The notes: generated from the letters alone by a model not told the origin. Numbered from the stretch's first letter, positions 39,101 through 47,833 are shown. The stretch is 51,023 bases of DNA from Candidatus Omnitrophota bacterium (GCA_043798215.1 JAZDOX010000087.1:1-51023); one strand, 5' to 3'. Translations and numbers: made by a program.

Positions 39101-39670
39101 CATCAGGATCTTTTGGCCGCCAAAGAAGATCTGCACAAGGCTATAAACAGAATAAACAGGACAACCAGAGAACTTTTTTTAGAGACATTTCAAAAAATTC
39201 AAGTTGAGTTCAGGGGCATGTTCAGGTTGTTGTTTAACGGCGGCGATTCAGAGTTAATGCTTATTGACCAATCCGATATACTGGAAAGCGGGATAGAAAT
39301 AATCGCCCGTCCGCCCGGCAAGAAACCGCAGTCTATCTCATTATTGTCCGGCGGGGAGCGATCTATGACGGCGATAGCCCTTTTATTCGCGATCTTCAAG
39401 GTAAAACCCAGCCCTTTTTGCGTCTTGGACGAGATAGATGCCGCTTTGGACGAGTCGAATATCGATAGATTCTGCAAAGTATTGAAAGATTTCATCAAAA
39501 CCTCTCAATTTATAATGATTACCCATAACAAAAAGACGATCTCGGTGGCGGATGTTATGTACGGTATTACTATGGAGGAATCCGGCGTATCGAAGATTGT
39601 TTCGGTTAGATTCTCGAAAGAACCAGAGACGAAGACGGTTTATCCCGTTAGAGAAAACCACCAACTTTAG
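36101..39670 (+). CDS. smc: Chromosome segregation protein SMC
   Basis: GFKSF, GPNGCGKSN, hinge GRATF, LSGGE, VLDEIDAALD, ITH. Confidence 0.98.
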   Translation: MHFKSLELFGFKSFANKTELNFEPGVTAIVGPNGCGKSNISDAIKWVLGETSAREVRGIRMEDVIFNGTDGKEALGFAEVSLTISNQPRILPTEYDEVTITRRVFRSGESEYFLNKSPVRLKDIAELFMGTGIGTSTYSLMEQGRIDQLLDSRPEERRHVFEEAAGITRYKSKKKEALRKLEQTEANLLRVSDVITEVKRQINSIERQANKARRYKEDFDRLKEMEILFSAREFRQIKDEEGGIFSDKDGLSAKEAESTSIMADLNLRLISLREDLSGIDHCFSDFKANLVDIEGQIQRNGDKQSYNFERISELNLRIVGLEKEIAANRLRALELEGEVSRLSLEAGSFKTNEERRKIEIEEKTIYLDTIAELIKACQLNIEKAKISVVDVAQGQSRVKNELTKLVANIQHLSARQRRIEVEKRKTEEESGSFFDKARELTGVVENASRAIEELNQNKARSEASLGSLENEISGLDGESKNLDSEIMSAESKLNFLEELKAKHEGFSLGVKSILGEAQKGAAVCEGVVGVLADLIEPIQGYDAAVEAALGEAVQTIVVKDKRTAKRLIEFLRENSSGRATFVSLEDLPRGQIGTDILNYVKANEEVKFALAYLLDGTYLAEDLESAFNAMSEKSERLKLVTKSGEVVEKYLSAGGKIPAAEGFGLVGRETKIKELRINIENFESKAQSLKSRLEEKNKEKNTFQSEITLIAEGTHKAQIELANRMSEKSTAEETVAKLKEEDSLLYLELEEVKSEIGSLALSEERFKEELLLLDQEDLKVQLAVKENQDAISHKLKEREDSLVLITQLKTELDSLKDREEALLSALGMMKRAFSDETTAIEFKQAQIEESRCKISELQIESEELVKINDSLIIEKNRVQETSQKIFEDRKKVTENIIDLESRIKQTQKEIDELKTQLNTLNVKSTEFNYKKSSLRDRLVQVYKVELDLDQIALPDDFNWDETYEKMAVLRSKLEQMGPVNLIAIEEHRELQDRYGFLTTQHQDLLAAKEDLHKAINRINRTTRELFLETFQKIQVEFRGMFRLLFNGGDSELMLIDQSDILESGIEIIARPPGKKPQSISLLSGGERSMTAIALLFAIFKVKPSPFCVLDEIDAALDESNIDRFCKVLKDFIKTSQFIMITHNKKTISVADVMYGITMEESGVSKIVSVRFSKEPETKTVYPVRENHQL

Positions 39671-39789
39671 TCGGTGGTCGTTACTTTATAAAGCTGATGA
39701 TGGTTTTCAGCCTGAGACTGATCCGCCCTTGGCGGAAATACCGCCATCAACGCAAACCGTTCGTTAGAGAACTTTGTTCTCTAACGGGA
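39643..39789. mobile_element. MITE family C, long form (TIR cccgttagagaa), TTTA TSD, overlapping the smc 3' end
   Basis: TTTA at 39639-39642 and 39790-39793; same TIR as 47097-47127. Confidence 0.85.
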
Positions 39790-39790
39790 T

Positions 39791-40966
39791 TTATGTCCGG
39801 TTGGATTCATAGGCACAGATTTTGTTTTTGCCGGTTCTTTTTGCTTCGTAGAGAGCCATATCGGCCAGATAAATTAAATTTTCTTTATCGAGAGCGTCTT
39901 GCGGATATGCGGCTAAGCCGCCGCTTATTGTCATATTCTTGTTTGGTTGCACTTCCTGGCGCTTAAAGGTGTATTCTTCCACGGTCTTTCTTAGAGTTTC
40001 AGCTATCTCGTAAGCCTCGTTTTTCGAGACTGCCGGAAGCATTACCACAAATTCCTCGCCGCCATAACGGGCTGCTTCGCCTTTACCGTCGCAGATATTC
40101 TTGAGAATGCGTGCTACGTCGCGCAGTAATTGATCGCCCATTTGATGCCCCAAAGTATCGTTGTAGTTTTTGAAATTATCCAAGTCGAGCATAATCAATG
40201 ATAGCGGCATTTTATTCTCGCAAGCCTTCTTAAGTTCTTCCGTCAGGATGAATTGAAAATAACCGTGATTCCAGATTCTTGTCAACGAATCGGTATTTGC
40301 CTGATATACGGTTTGCTCATAGAGCTTGGAATTTTCAATAGCCAAACCTGCGTGGTTGGCGAACATTGCCAGCGTTCTCACATCGTCCTTTATGATTGGT
40401 TTTCCGGTAAAGATATTATCCGCTAAAATAATCCCGATCACCTTGTCCTTAGACTTTAACGGCACGGTTACGAAGTATTCCGTCTTAAGCCGTTGCATTG
40501 CCGCGTCATTGGCTATCTTTTTGCGCGCGCTCTCGCTTGTAACCTCAAAATTCATTCCTTCAAGCGCGGTCAAAGCCAAAACGCCGCTATCTTCGCGCAA
40601 AGGTATTTTTATAGACCGCACTATTTTATCCAGTTCATGGCTGCCTTTTTTGTAATGTCGGTAGGCGTATATTAAATCATCGAGGTTCATTTGCTGCATT
40701 TCTATACTTGCCCATATACGCAGCGCTTCTTCGTTGGAATAGGGCCCTATGCCCATTTTGCCTTCAAGAGTGTTATCTATTTCATTTACTAAAAAAAGCA
40801 TAGCTCTATTGAAGCCCAATCCTTCATGAGAAGTTACGCCGGTTAAGATGATAAAAAGTATCTCGTCGAGATTTAAGGTAGAGCGCATAGCGTTGCCTAT
40901 CTCGTAAAATATGCTCAATTCGGCGCGAATCCTGTTTAACATATCCTGCAAATTTTTCTTTTCCAT
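39791..40966 (-). CDS. GAF-GGDEF diguanylate cyclase
   Basis: GAF domain, TDSLT, DLDNFK, GHQMGD, RYGGEEF; no RxxD I-site visible. Confidence 0.95.
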   Translation of the reverse strand: MEKKNLQDMLNRIRAELSIFYEIGNAMRSTLNLDEILFIILTGVTSHEGLGFNRAMLFLVNEIDNTLEGKMGIGPYSNEEALRIWASIEMQQMNLDDLIYAYRHYKKGSHELDKIVRSIKIPLREDSGVLALTALEGMNFEVTSESARKKIANDAAMQRLKTEYFVTVPLKSKDKVIGIILADNIFTGKPIIKDDVRTLAMFANHAGLAIENSKLYEQTVYQANTDSLTRIWNHGYFQFILTEELKKACENKMPLSLIMLDLDNFKNYNDTLGHQMGDQLLRDVARILKNICDGKGEAARYGGEEFVVMLPAVSKNEAYEIAETLRKTVEEYTFKRQEVQPNKNMTISGGLAAYPQDALDKENLIYLADMALYEAKRTGKNKICAYESNRT

Positions 40967-40974
40967 AGCGTTAA

Positions 40975-41003
40975 ATAATACTCCTTAAGGCACCAAATGT
41001 CAA
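40975..41003 (-). promoter_or_regulatory. Promoter of the DGC gene; the mRNA would be (near-)leaderless
   Basis: Minus strand TTGACA-17 nt-TATTAT; 8 nt separate the -10 from the ATG at 40966. Confidence 0.6.
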
Positions 41004-41031
41004 ACATCAAATGTCACAAATGTCAAATTTC

Positions 41032-41060
41032 TTGACAAATAGAGAGAAATGATGTACGAT
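41032..41060 (+). promoter_or_regulatory. Sigma70 promoter of the rib leader
   Basis: TTGACA-17 nt-TACGAT. Confidence 0.7.
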
Positions 41061-41063
41061 ACC

Positions 41064-41262
41064 TTTTATCTTCGGGATAGGGTGAAATCCCCGACTGGCA
41101 GTTAAAGCCTGCGAGCCCACAAGCAAAGAGGGCAGATACCGGTGACTGGTTTAGAGGCTGGAATCCCGGAGCCAATAGTCCTGATTACGGTAAAAGATTC
41201 GCCGTAAGTTTAGGGTGCCGCCGAATGGGGGCATATAGTCTAGATGTGAGAAGAAGATCAAG
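41064..41262 (+). ncRNA. FMN riboswitch (RFN element) with two expansion segments
   Basis: atcttcggg..agggtgaaatccccgac.ggc.gt..aagcc.gcga...agat.ccggtga...ccggagcc.a.agt...agtct.gatg.gagaaga, upstream of ribBA. Confidence 0.9.
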
Positions 41263-41289
41263 GATCTTTTTATTGGTTATTTTAAGCTT

Positions 41290-41320
41290 ATCCCGAAGAA
41301 ATATTCTTCGGGATTTTTTT
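41290..41320 (+). terminator. Riboswitch-controlled intrinsic terminator
   Basis: atcccgaagaa-ata-ttcttcgggat-tttttt; the 5' arm (41289-41299) is the exact complement of 41069-41079 (antiterminator). Confidence 0.9.
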
Positions 41321-41333
41321 ATGGGGGCATGAT

Positions 41334-42530
41334 ATGTTCAACACAATCAAAGAAGCCATAGACGATATCCGCAAAGGCAGAATGATCATAGTTGTTGATG
41401 ATGAGGACCGCGAAAATGAGGGAGATCTTGTTATGGCGGCATCTTTCGTCACGCCGGAGACAATTAATTTTATGGCAAAATACGGCCGTGGTCTTATATG
41501 TGTTCCTATGGAAGAGGCGGATTTAAACAGGCTTGGGATACACGTCTTATTAGAGCAGGGCGGCGGTCATTTTGGAACCGGTTGGGCTATGACCATAGAC
41601 CTAAAAGAAGGTGTTACGACCGGAATATCGGCGCAAGACAGGGCTAAAACTATAAAAGCGCTGGTTGACCCAAATGCAAAACCGGATGATTTTAACCGGC
41701 CTGGCCATGTTTTCCCCCTGAGAGCAAGGGGCGGCGGAGTTTTGGTAAGGGCGGGGCATACAGAAGCGGCCATAGACCTAACTCGCCTGGCGGGTTTGCC
41801 TTTGGCAGGCGTAATTTGTGAGATAATGAATGACGATGGAACGATGGCCAGGACACCCCAGTTGATTGAATTTGCCAAACAACACAAGTTAAAGATTTGT
41901 ACTATAGAAGATCTTATTAAGCACAGAATTTCGTCCGAGAAGTTGATCCAGCGGGTAGAAGAAACGCTCCTTCCAACCGAATATGGCGAATTCAAGCTGT
42001 TTCTTTATGAGTCAAAGTTAGACAAGCAATTAAGTGTTGCGCTTATTATGGGAGAAGTTTCCTCGAAGCCAGTGTTGACAAGGGTGCATTCCGAATGTCT
42101 GACCGGCGATATCTTTATGTCTCTTCGCTGTGATTGCGGCAAACAGCTTGAAGAGGCTCTGACTATGATAAAGAAAGAGGGTTCCGGGGTTTTTCTTTAT
42201 ATGAAACAGGAGGGGCGGGGAATAGGCTTAAAGAACAAGATCAAGGCTTATGCTCTTCAGGATAAAGGGATGGATACGGTTGAGGCTAATGAGGCTTTGG
42301 GATTTGAGCCGGACCTAAGGGATTACGGCATTGGCGCGCAGATCTTGGCGGATATGGGTTTAAAGAAGATACGTCTTATGACAAATAACCCGAAAAAAAT
42401 AGTTGGCCTTGAAGGATACGGCATCAAGATAGTCGAGCGCGTGCCGATAGAGATATCGGCTAATCCGAGAAATGAAAAATATCTTAGGGTGAAGAAAGAG
42501 AAATTAGGGCATGTGTTGGGCAATGTTTAA
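41334..42530 (+). CDS. ribBA: Bifunctional DHBP synthase / GTP cyclohydrolase II
   Basis: [50 protein letters not shown]. Confidence 0.98.
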   Translation: MFNTIKEAIDDIRKGRMIIVVDDEDRENEGDLVMAASFVTPETINFMAKYGRGLICVPMEEADLNRLGIHVLLEQGGGHFGTGWAMTIDLKEGVTTGISAQDRAKTIKALVDPNAKPDDFNRPGHVFPLRARGGGVLVRAGHTEAAIDLTRLAGLPLAGVICEIMNDDGTMARTPQLIEFAKQHKLKICTIEDLIKHRISSEKLIQRVEETLLPTEYGEFKLFLYESKLDKQLSVALIMGEVSSKPVLTRVHSECLTGDIFMSLRCDCGKQLEEALTMIKKEGSGVFLYMKQEGRGIGLKNKIKAYALQDKGMDTVEANEALGFEPDLRDYGIGAQILADMGLKKIRLMTNNPKKIVGLEGYGIKIVERVPIEISANPRNEKYLRVKKEKLGHVLGNV

Positions 42531-42732
42531 CCCGCCTTCGCGGAATTCTCCACTTATAAGGGTGGGGATGCCCACCAGTTGTTGCTGGTGAGGTCTCGCC
42601 ATAGGCGGAGATAGCGAGTGGAATTTCGCTCGCCTCACGGCGAAACCGTGGGGAGCCGTGGGCTTCGGCGAGGTTTTCGCCTAAACGAAGCGGCAGAAAA
42701 GAATCCACGGGCGTAGGCCCGTGGAGCTTCAA
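42527..42732 (+). mobile_element. Non-autonomous IS200/IS605-type element (PATE-like) with internal hairpin inserts
   Basis: Right end GAAT + tccacgggc-gtag-gcccgtgga hairpin + gcTTCAA; left end TTAA...GAAT + ctccact/ggtgggg hairpin. Confidence 0.65.
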
Positions 42733-42772
42733 TTTTCCCGCCTAAGGCAAACTTATTAAAGGAGGCACAAAG

Positions 42773-43237
42773 ATGATAAAGACGGTAGAAGTGCAGCTTA
42801 TAGCGAAAGGCAAAAAATTCTGTTTAATTGTATCTAGGTTTAACGATTTTATCTCAAAGCGCCTTTTAGAAGGCGCGATTGATACTTTATTAAGGCATGG
42901 CGCCAAGGATTCCGAGATTGAGGCTGTATGGGTGCCGGGCGCATTTGAGATTCCGGTGATAGCGAATAAGATAGCTAAATCCAAGAGATTTGACGCCATA
43001 ATTTGTTTAGGCGTCGTTATCAGAGGCTCTACGCCCCATTTCGAATATGTGGCAAGCGAAGCGGCAAAGGGTATAGCCAAGGTTTCTCTCGATAGCGGAA
43101 TACCGGCGATTTTTGGCGTAATTACCGCCGAAAATCTGGAACAGGCTATTGAACGGGCAGGCGCGAAGGACGGCAATAAAGGCCGCGATGCGGCTCTATC
43201 GGCTATCGAGATGGTTAATATAATAGAGGCTGTATAA
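42773..43237 (+). CDS. ribH: 6,7-dimethyl-8-ribityllumazine synthase
   Basis: [33 protein letters not shown]. Confidence 0.98.
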   Translation: MIKTVEVQLIAKGKKFCLIVSRFNDFISKRLLEGAIDTLLRHGAKDSEIEAVWVPGAFEIPVIANKIAKSKRFDAIICLGVVIRGSTPHFEYVASEAAKGIAKVSLDSGIPAIFGVITAENLEQAIERAGAKDGNKGRDAALSAIEMVNIIEAV

Positions 43238-43240
43238 AAT

Positions 43241-43663
43241 ATGAGAAAGAGGTCGAAAGCGCGTGAATACGCGCTTCAATTTCTATACCAATTAGACATA
43301 ACAAAAGACCCTCTTGAAAAAATTTTGCCTGATTTCTGGAAAGGTCTGGAGGTCGAGCCTGAGATAGCGGATTTTGCCTCTATTTTAATTATCGGGACGG
43401 TCAGGAATGCCAAAATAGTGGATGATATTATCACCAAGTACGCCAGTAATTGGAAATTGAATCGTATGGCCACCATAGACAGGAATATTTTAAGGCTGGC
43501 GACATATGAGCTTTTATTTTGCGAAGATATACCTCCTAAGGTATCGATAAATGAAGCCGTGGACTTGGCGAAGAAATTTGGCGATATGGAATCCGGGAAA
43601 TTCGTCAATGGCGTATTAGATAAAATAAACAAGGAAGAGACGGTTCATGGAAAGATCGACTGA
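43241..43663 (+). CDS. nusB: Transcription antitermination factor NusB
   Basis: RSKAREYALQFLY, DRNILR, INEAVDLAKKFG, FVNGVLD. Confidence 0.97.
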   Translation: MRKRSKAREYALQFLYQLDITKDPLEKILPDFWKGLEVEPEIADFASILIIGTVRNAKIVDDIITKYASNWKLNRMATIDRNILRLATYELLFCEDIPPKVSINEAVDLAKKFGDMESGKFVNGVLDKINKEETVHGKID

Positions 43664-44480
43664 TCTCCATGTGCATACCTGTTTCTCAGACGGAACTTTC
43701 AGCCCGGAAGAAGTTGTTGATAAAGCCATTCAGCTTAACCTCTCTTGCGTAGCGCTTACCGACCATGATTGCGTGGACGGCGTGAGGCCTGCTATCAAAG
43801 CGGCTCGCGGGACAGGTTTGGAGATAATCGCGGGTGTTGAGATGACGGCCCAGGAAAAAGGCGTGGAAGTGCATATCCTGGGTTTTTTTGTTGATTTGGA
43901 AGACAGCGCTTTTTTGGAAAGGCTTAAGCTGATAAGGGAATATAGAGTGAATAGGATTTATAAGATGGTGGATAAGCTCAAGAAATATAATGTAGACGTG
44001 GACCCTGAAGAAGTCTTAAAAGTAAGCGGCCCGGGCTCTGTGGGCAGGGTTCATTTGGCGGCTGTGCTTGAGAAGAGAGGCTATGCCGTATCAATAAAAG
44101 AGGCGTTTCAAAGGTATATCGGGGATAAGGGCCCTTGCTATGTAAGTCATCCGGATGTTTCCGCCAAAGAAGCGATTGCCGAGTTGAAAAGGATTGGCGC
44201 TGTAACGGTTTTTGCGCATCCTCATTTAATGGGGCGGGATGAATTTATCCCCGCATTTATTGAGTATGGCTTGGACGGCTTGGAGGTATATCATTCCGAG
44301 CACTCGCCGGCGGTTTCACGGCGCTATCTTGAAATTGCCGAAACGCGCAAGCTTTTAGTAACGGGCGGTTCCGATTGTCATGGTTTAAATAAGGGCGAGG
44401 TTCTTATGGGAACAGTCAGGGTTTCCTACGAATTAGTCGAGAGGTTGAGAGAATGCGCCACGCGGATGAACAATACATAA
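43647..44480 (+). CDS. PHP-domain phosphoesterase (TrpH/YciV-like)
   Basis: DLHVHT..SDG, LTDHD, GVE, HILG, AHP, TGGSDCHG. Confidence 0.93.
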   Translation: MERSTDLHVHTCFSDGTFSPEEVVDKAIQLNLSCVALTDHDCVDGVRPAIKAARGTGLEIIAGVEMTAQEKGVEVHILGFFVDLEDSAFLERLKLIREYRVNRIYKMVDKLKKYNVDVDPEEVLKVSGPGSVGRVHLAAVLEKRGYAVSIKEAFQRYIGDKGPCYVSHPDVSAKEAIAELKRIGAVTVFAHPHLMGRDEFIPAFIEYGLDGLEVYHSEHSPAVSRRYLEIAETRKLLVTGGSDCHGLNKGEVLMGTVRVSYELVERLRECATRMNNT

Positions 44481-45556
44481 GATTTTCGCTTGATCTTGCC
44501 CGAAAAGCCAAAGGCTTAACAAGCCCCAATCCCTGCGTTGGCGCGGTTGTTGTCAAAGACGGCAGAATCGTCGGAAAAGGCTATCATAAACGGGCGGGTG
44601 GGCCGCATGCCGAGATTTTTGCGCTAAGGCAGGCCGGTAAATACGCTAAAGGCGCGACGTTATATGTTTCTCTGGAACCTTGTGGACACTACGGAAGAAC
44701 GCCTCCCTGCGCGGATCTTATTATATCATCGGGAATAAAAAGAGTGGTTACCGCGATGAAGGACCCAAACCCTCTTAATAACGGCAAGAGTCTCGCTTTC
44801 TTGAGGAAAAATGGCATAAAAACAGATGTTGGCATATTAAAGCAAGAGGCGGAGAAGTTAAACGAGGAGTTCATCAAATTTATTACCAAAAGAATACCTT
44901 TTGTAACTGTAAAAGTGGCGCAAAGCTTGGATGGCAAGATTGCCTCAAGAACCGGAGATTCTAAATGGATTTCAGGGGAAGAAGCGAGGAATTATGTCCA
45001 TACGTTAAGGAGCCGGACCGACGCGGTAATTATAGGCATCGGGACACTCTTAATGGATGACCCGTTATTAACGGCAAGGCCCATAAGACAAAAGCCCGCG
45101 AGGCAGCCGTTAAGAATAGTCTTGGATAGCCGCTTGAAGATTCCGCTTACCGCAAGAATCTTAAACAGCGCCGGCGGAAAGGTTATTATAGCGACAACGG
45201 AAGCTGCCGGCGCGAAGAAGATTGATTTATTGCGCCGCAGAGGCGTTGACTTAATAGTGGTTAACCAAAAAAATGACGTAGTTGATATAAAATCGCTTTT
45301 AGTGGAATTGGGAAAGAGGGAGATCTCCAGTGTTCTTATCGAGGGCGGCGGAGAGGTTATAGCCTCCGCAATGGAATCCAAAACAGTTGATAAGGTCTTA
45401 TTCTTTATCTCTCCTAAGATCATAGGCGGAAGGCAGGCGCTAACTTCGGTGGAGGGCGTCGGCGTAAAATGCTTAAAGGACTCTTTTAATCTGAAAGAGT
45501 CAAGGGTCGAGAAGATAGGCGGCGATTTCTTGTTTGAAGGCTATATGGAGTATTAA
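44453..45556 (+). CDS. ribD: Pyrimidine deaminase/reductase RibD
   Basis: PNPCVG, HAE, LEPCGHYGRTPPC, SLDGKIA, IEGGG. Confidence 0.98.
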   Translation: MRHADEQYIRFSLDLARKAKGLTSPNPCVGAVVVKDGRIVGKGYHKRAGGPHAEIFALRQAGKYAKGATLYVSLEPCGHYGRTPPCADLIISSGIKRVVTAMKDPNPLNNGKSLAFLRKNGIKTDVGILKQEAEKLNEEFIKFITKRIPFVTVKVAQSLDGKIASRTGDSKWISGEEARNYVHTLRSRTDAVIIGIGTLLMDDPLLTARPIRQKPARQPLRIVLDSRLKIPLTARILNSAGGKVIIATTEAAGAKKIDLLRRRGVDLIVVNQKNDVVDIKSLLVELGKREISSVLIEGGGEVIASAMESKTVDKVLFFISPKIIGGRQALTSVEGVGVKCLKDSFNLKESRVEKIGGDFLFEGYMEY

Positions 45557-45559
45557 GAT

Positions 45560-46198
45560 ATGTTTACGGGCATAATCGAAGAGCTGGGCGCGATAGAGAA
45601 GATCGAGGTTTCAAGGCAGCCGTGTTTATTAACGGTCAAAGCCCGGAACATTCTTGTTGATATGAACAAAGGCGACTCGATCTCGGTGGACGGGGTATGT
45701 CTGACCGCTGTGGACATAAAAAAAGAAAGTTTTTCGGCTGAGGCGATAAAGGAAACGCTGAACAGGACTACGCTTGGGGCCTTAAGGCGCGCGGATAAAG
45801 TGAATTTGGAGGCTTCCCTGAGGATGAGCGCGAGATTGGGAGGTCATTTTGTTACCGGACACGTTGACGGCATCGGAACTATTATCAGAAAACAGAGAGA
45901 GAATGGCTCGATATTGTTTGAGATTGAAGCCGAAGAGCGATTGCTGGAAGGCATAGTATGGAAGGGCTCTGTGGCTGTTGACGGCATAAGTTTAACGGTA
46001 GCGGAAGTTAAGTCCGGTTCTTTCTGTGTTTACGTGATTCCGCATACGGCAGAGATGACGACCTTGGGATTTAAGGGCAAGGCGGGCAAGGTAAATGTAG
46101 AGACCGATATATTAGGAAGATATGTCCAGAAATTCCTAAACCGGAACCAGGGATCAGGTATAACCGAGGATTTTTTGAGAGAAAAAGGCATTATTTAA
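45560..46198 (+). CDS. ribE: Riboflavin synthase (alpha chain; ribC in E. coli naming)
   Basis: MFTGIIEE, GVCLT, GGHFVTGHVD, DGISLT, IPHT. Confidence 0.98.
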   Translation: MFTGIIEELGAIEKIEVSRQPCLLTVKARNILVDMNKGDSISVDGVCLTAVDIKKESFSAEAIKETLNRTTLGALRRADKVNLEASLRMSARLGGHFVTGHVDGIGTIIRKQRENGSILFEIEAEERLLEGIVWKGSVAVDGISLTVAEVKSGSFCVYVIPHTAEMTTLGFKGKAGKVNVETDILGRYVQKFLNRNQGSGITEDFLREKGII

Positions 46199-46364
46199 TC
46201 TTCCGGCCCAGCTGATTTTAAATTTTACATCCGCCTTAACTCCTCCCAAGCTTATGAGTAGTTTCCCCAAAAATTAGCAGTGTTTTTCTGTAATGTATCC
46301 AATTCAAATAAGTTACAGAAAACAAAAAGGTTATGATATTATAAGCAGAGAAACAGCCGGGCGA

Positions 46365-46438
46365 TATTGTTCGAGCGAGGCAGCGGCTTTAAGTTCTCGA
46401 CGGCGCTCGAACAATAAAGTCGCTGCCGAGTCGAGAAC
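46365..46438. repeat. TCGAG-type palindrome with a nested inverted partial copy of itself
   Basis: tattgttcgagcgaggcagcggcttt[aagttctcgacggcgctcgaacaat]aaagtcgctgccgagtcgagaac. Confidence 0.75.
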
Positions 46439-46514
46439 AGCGCTTTTTGTAAAAATTTTTTGGGAATTCCCTATTTATTGACTATAGAGTGTTCTCATGT
46501 TAAAATCATTATTT

Positions 46515-47105
46515 ATGTTGAAGAGAAAAATATTCATTGTATTGTTATTGTTTTTTATGGCGCCGGTTTTTTACGCTGCCCCATCCGTGGAATCAAGAGA
46601 AGCGGTTGTTAGAAGGGTTATAGACGGCGATACGATTGTATTGGCTAACGGCGAACGCGTAAGATACATCGGCATAGACACTCCCGAAAAGGGAAGGCCG
46701 TATTATTGGGAGGCGACGAAAGAAAATGAGCGTTTGGTAAGCGGAAAAAAAGTTGAACTTGAATTTGACACTTCACGAGAGGATAAATACGGCAGAACGC
46801 TGGCTTATGTGCGCATTGACGGCTCTTTTGTGAATGCTGAGTTAGTCAAGAACGGATACGCTATGATGTTTACATTCCCGCCTAATGTCCGATACGCGAA
46901 GATGTTTTTGGCTCTCCAGCAGGAAGCCATAAGAGATAAGCGAGGGCTTTGGAGTTTAAGCGCGGAAGATATAGAGCTTATTAAAGGCAGTCATAATATT
47001 AAGGGCAATAGCGAAGGGCGGACATTTTTGGACTATGCGATTTACAGGTTAAAGCAGATAGCGGATCGAATTAACGCCCGGGTTAATCGTTATTTACCCC
47101 GTTAG
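46515..47105 (+). CDS. Secreted thermonuclease (SNase family)
   Basis: VIDGDTI, RYIGIDTPE, DKYGRTLAYV, LVKNGYA, RGLW; promoter TTGACT-17-TAAAAT (46478-46506) favours ATG 46515. Confidence 0.93.
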   Translation: MLKRKIFIVLLLFFMAPVFYAAPSVESREAVVRRVIDGDTIVLANGERVRYIGIDTPEKGRPYYWEATKENERLVSGKKVELEFDTSREDKYGRTLAYVRIDGSFVNAELVKNGYAMMFTFPPNVRYAKMFLALQQEAIRDKRGLWSLSAEDIELIKGSHNIKGNSEGRTFLDYAIYRLKQIADRINARVNRYLPR

Positions 47106-47127
47106 AGAACAGAGTTCTCTAACGGGG
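47097..47127. mobile_element. MITE family C, 31-bp minimal form with TTTA TSD
   Basis: ttta|ccccgttagagaac-aga-gttctctaacgggg|ttta. Confidence 0.85.
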
Positions 47128-47192
47128 TTTACATAAATTAAAGGTATGGGGTTATTGTTGTTCAAATTAGCGGATGTTATTCTCCGATTTAC

Positions 47193-47308
47193 AGACTGGG
47201 ACACAATGTAGTTGCTCGATTTATCGAGCACAACATATCGGCCCAATAAATTGGGCAACTACAATATGTTGATCTATTTAGTCAAGAAAAAGGGTTATGA
47301 CCCAGTCT
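47193..47308. mobile_element. MITE family A, copy 3
   Basis: agactggg...cccagtct; internal gctcgatttatcgagc and gcccaataaattgggc hairpins. Confidence 0.85.
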
Positions 47309-47440
47309 CCAAGGCGGGTAATGACAATTCCTAATATTGGACAATGACAATGTGAAATTATGCTATTTCTTTAGGTGGTATTAGGAAGGCCTATCCTTTA
47401 GGATTAGGAATTCGGGTTACTTTGTAGTATTAAAAAATAT

Positions 47441-47545
47441 CGGGGCGTGGCTCATCCTCCAAAATAATGGCGGATTTCAGCAGAAATTGTAAATTTCTGC
47501 CTCAAGTTTGGTAGAGCGTCCGCCGAAGGCGGAAGGTCGGCGGTT
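47441..47545 (+). pseudogene. Remodelled 5' copy (positions ~1-55) of tRNA-Pro
   Basis: cggggcgtggctca [51-nt insert] gtttggtagagcg [tccgccgaaggcgga] aggtc ggcgg tt, compared with 47811-47887. Confidence 0.85.
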
Positions 47546-47833
47546 ATGTATTATGCATATGTGCTAAAAAGCAAAAAGAACGGTAAGCATTATATAGGCC
47601 ATACAGAAAATATAGAAAGACGACTTTATGAGCATAATGCCGTTACCGATAAATGCAAATTCACTTACATTAGTGGTCCTTGGGATCTAATGTTTTTTGA
47701 AAATTTTAGCACAAGATCGGATGCGATGAAACACGAGAGATTTCTTAAATCAGGCAAAGGCAGAGAGTATATAAAAAATAAAATAGCTGCGATAAAGAAT
47801 GATATGCAGTCGGGGCGTGGCTCAGTTTGGTAG
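47546..47833 (+). CDS. Small GIY-YIG nuclease (UPF0213-like)
   Basis: YAYVL...HYIGHT.NIERRLYEHN...AMKHERFLKSGKGRE. Confidence 0.9.
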   Translation: MYYAYVLKSKKNGKHYIGHTENIERRLYEHNAVTDKCKFTYISGPWDLMFFENFSTRSDAMKHERFLKSGKGREYIKNKIAAIKNDMQSGRGSVW

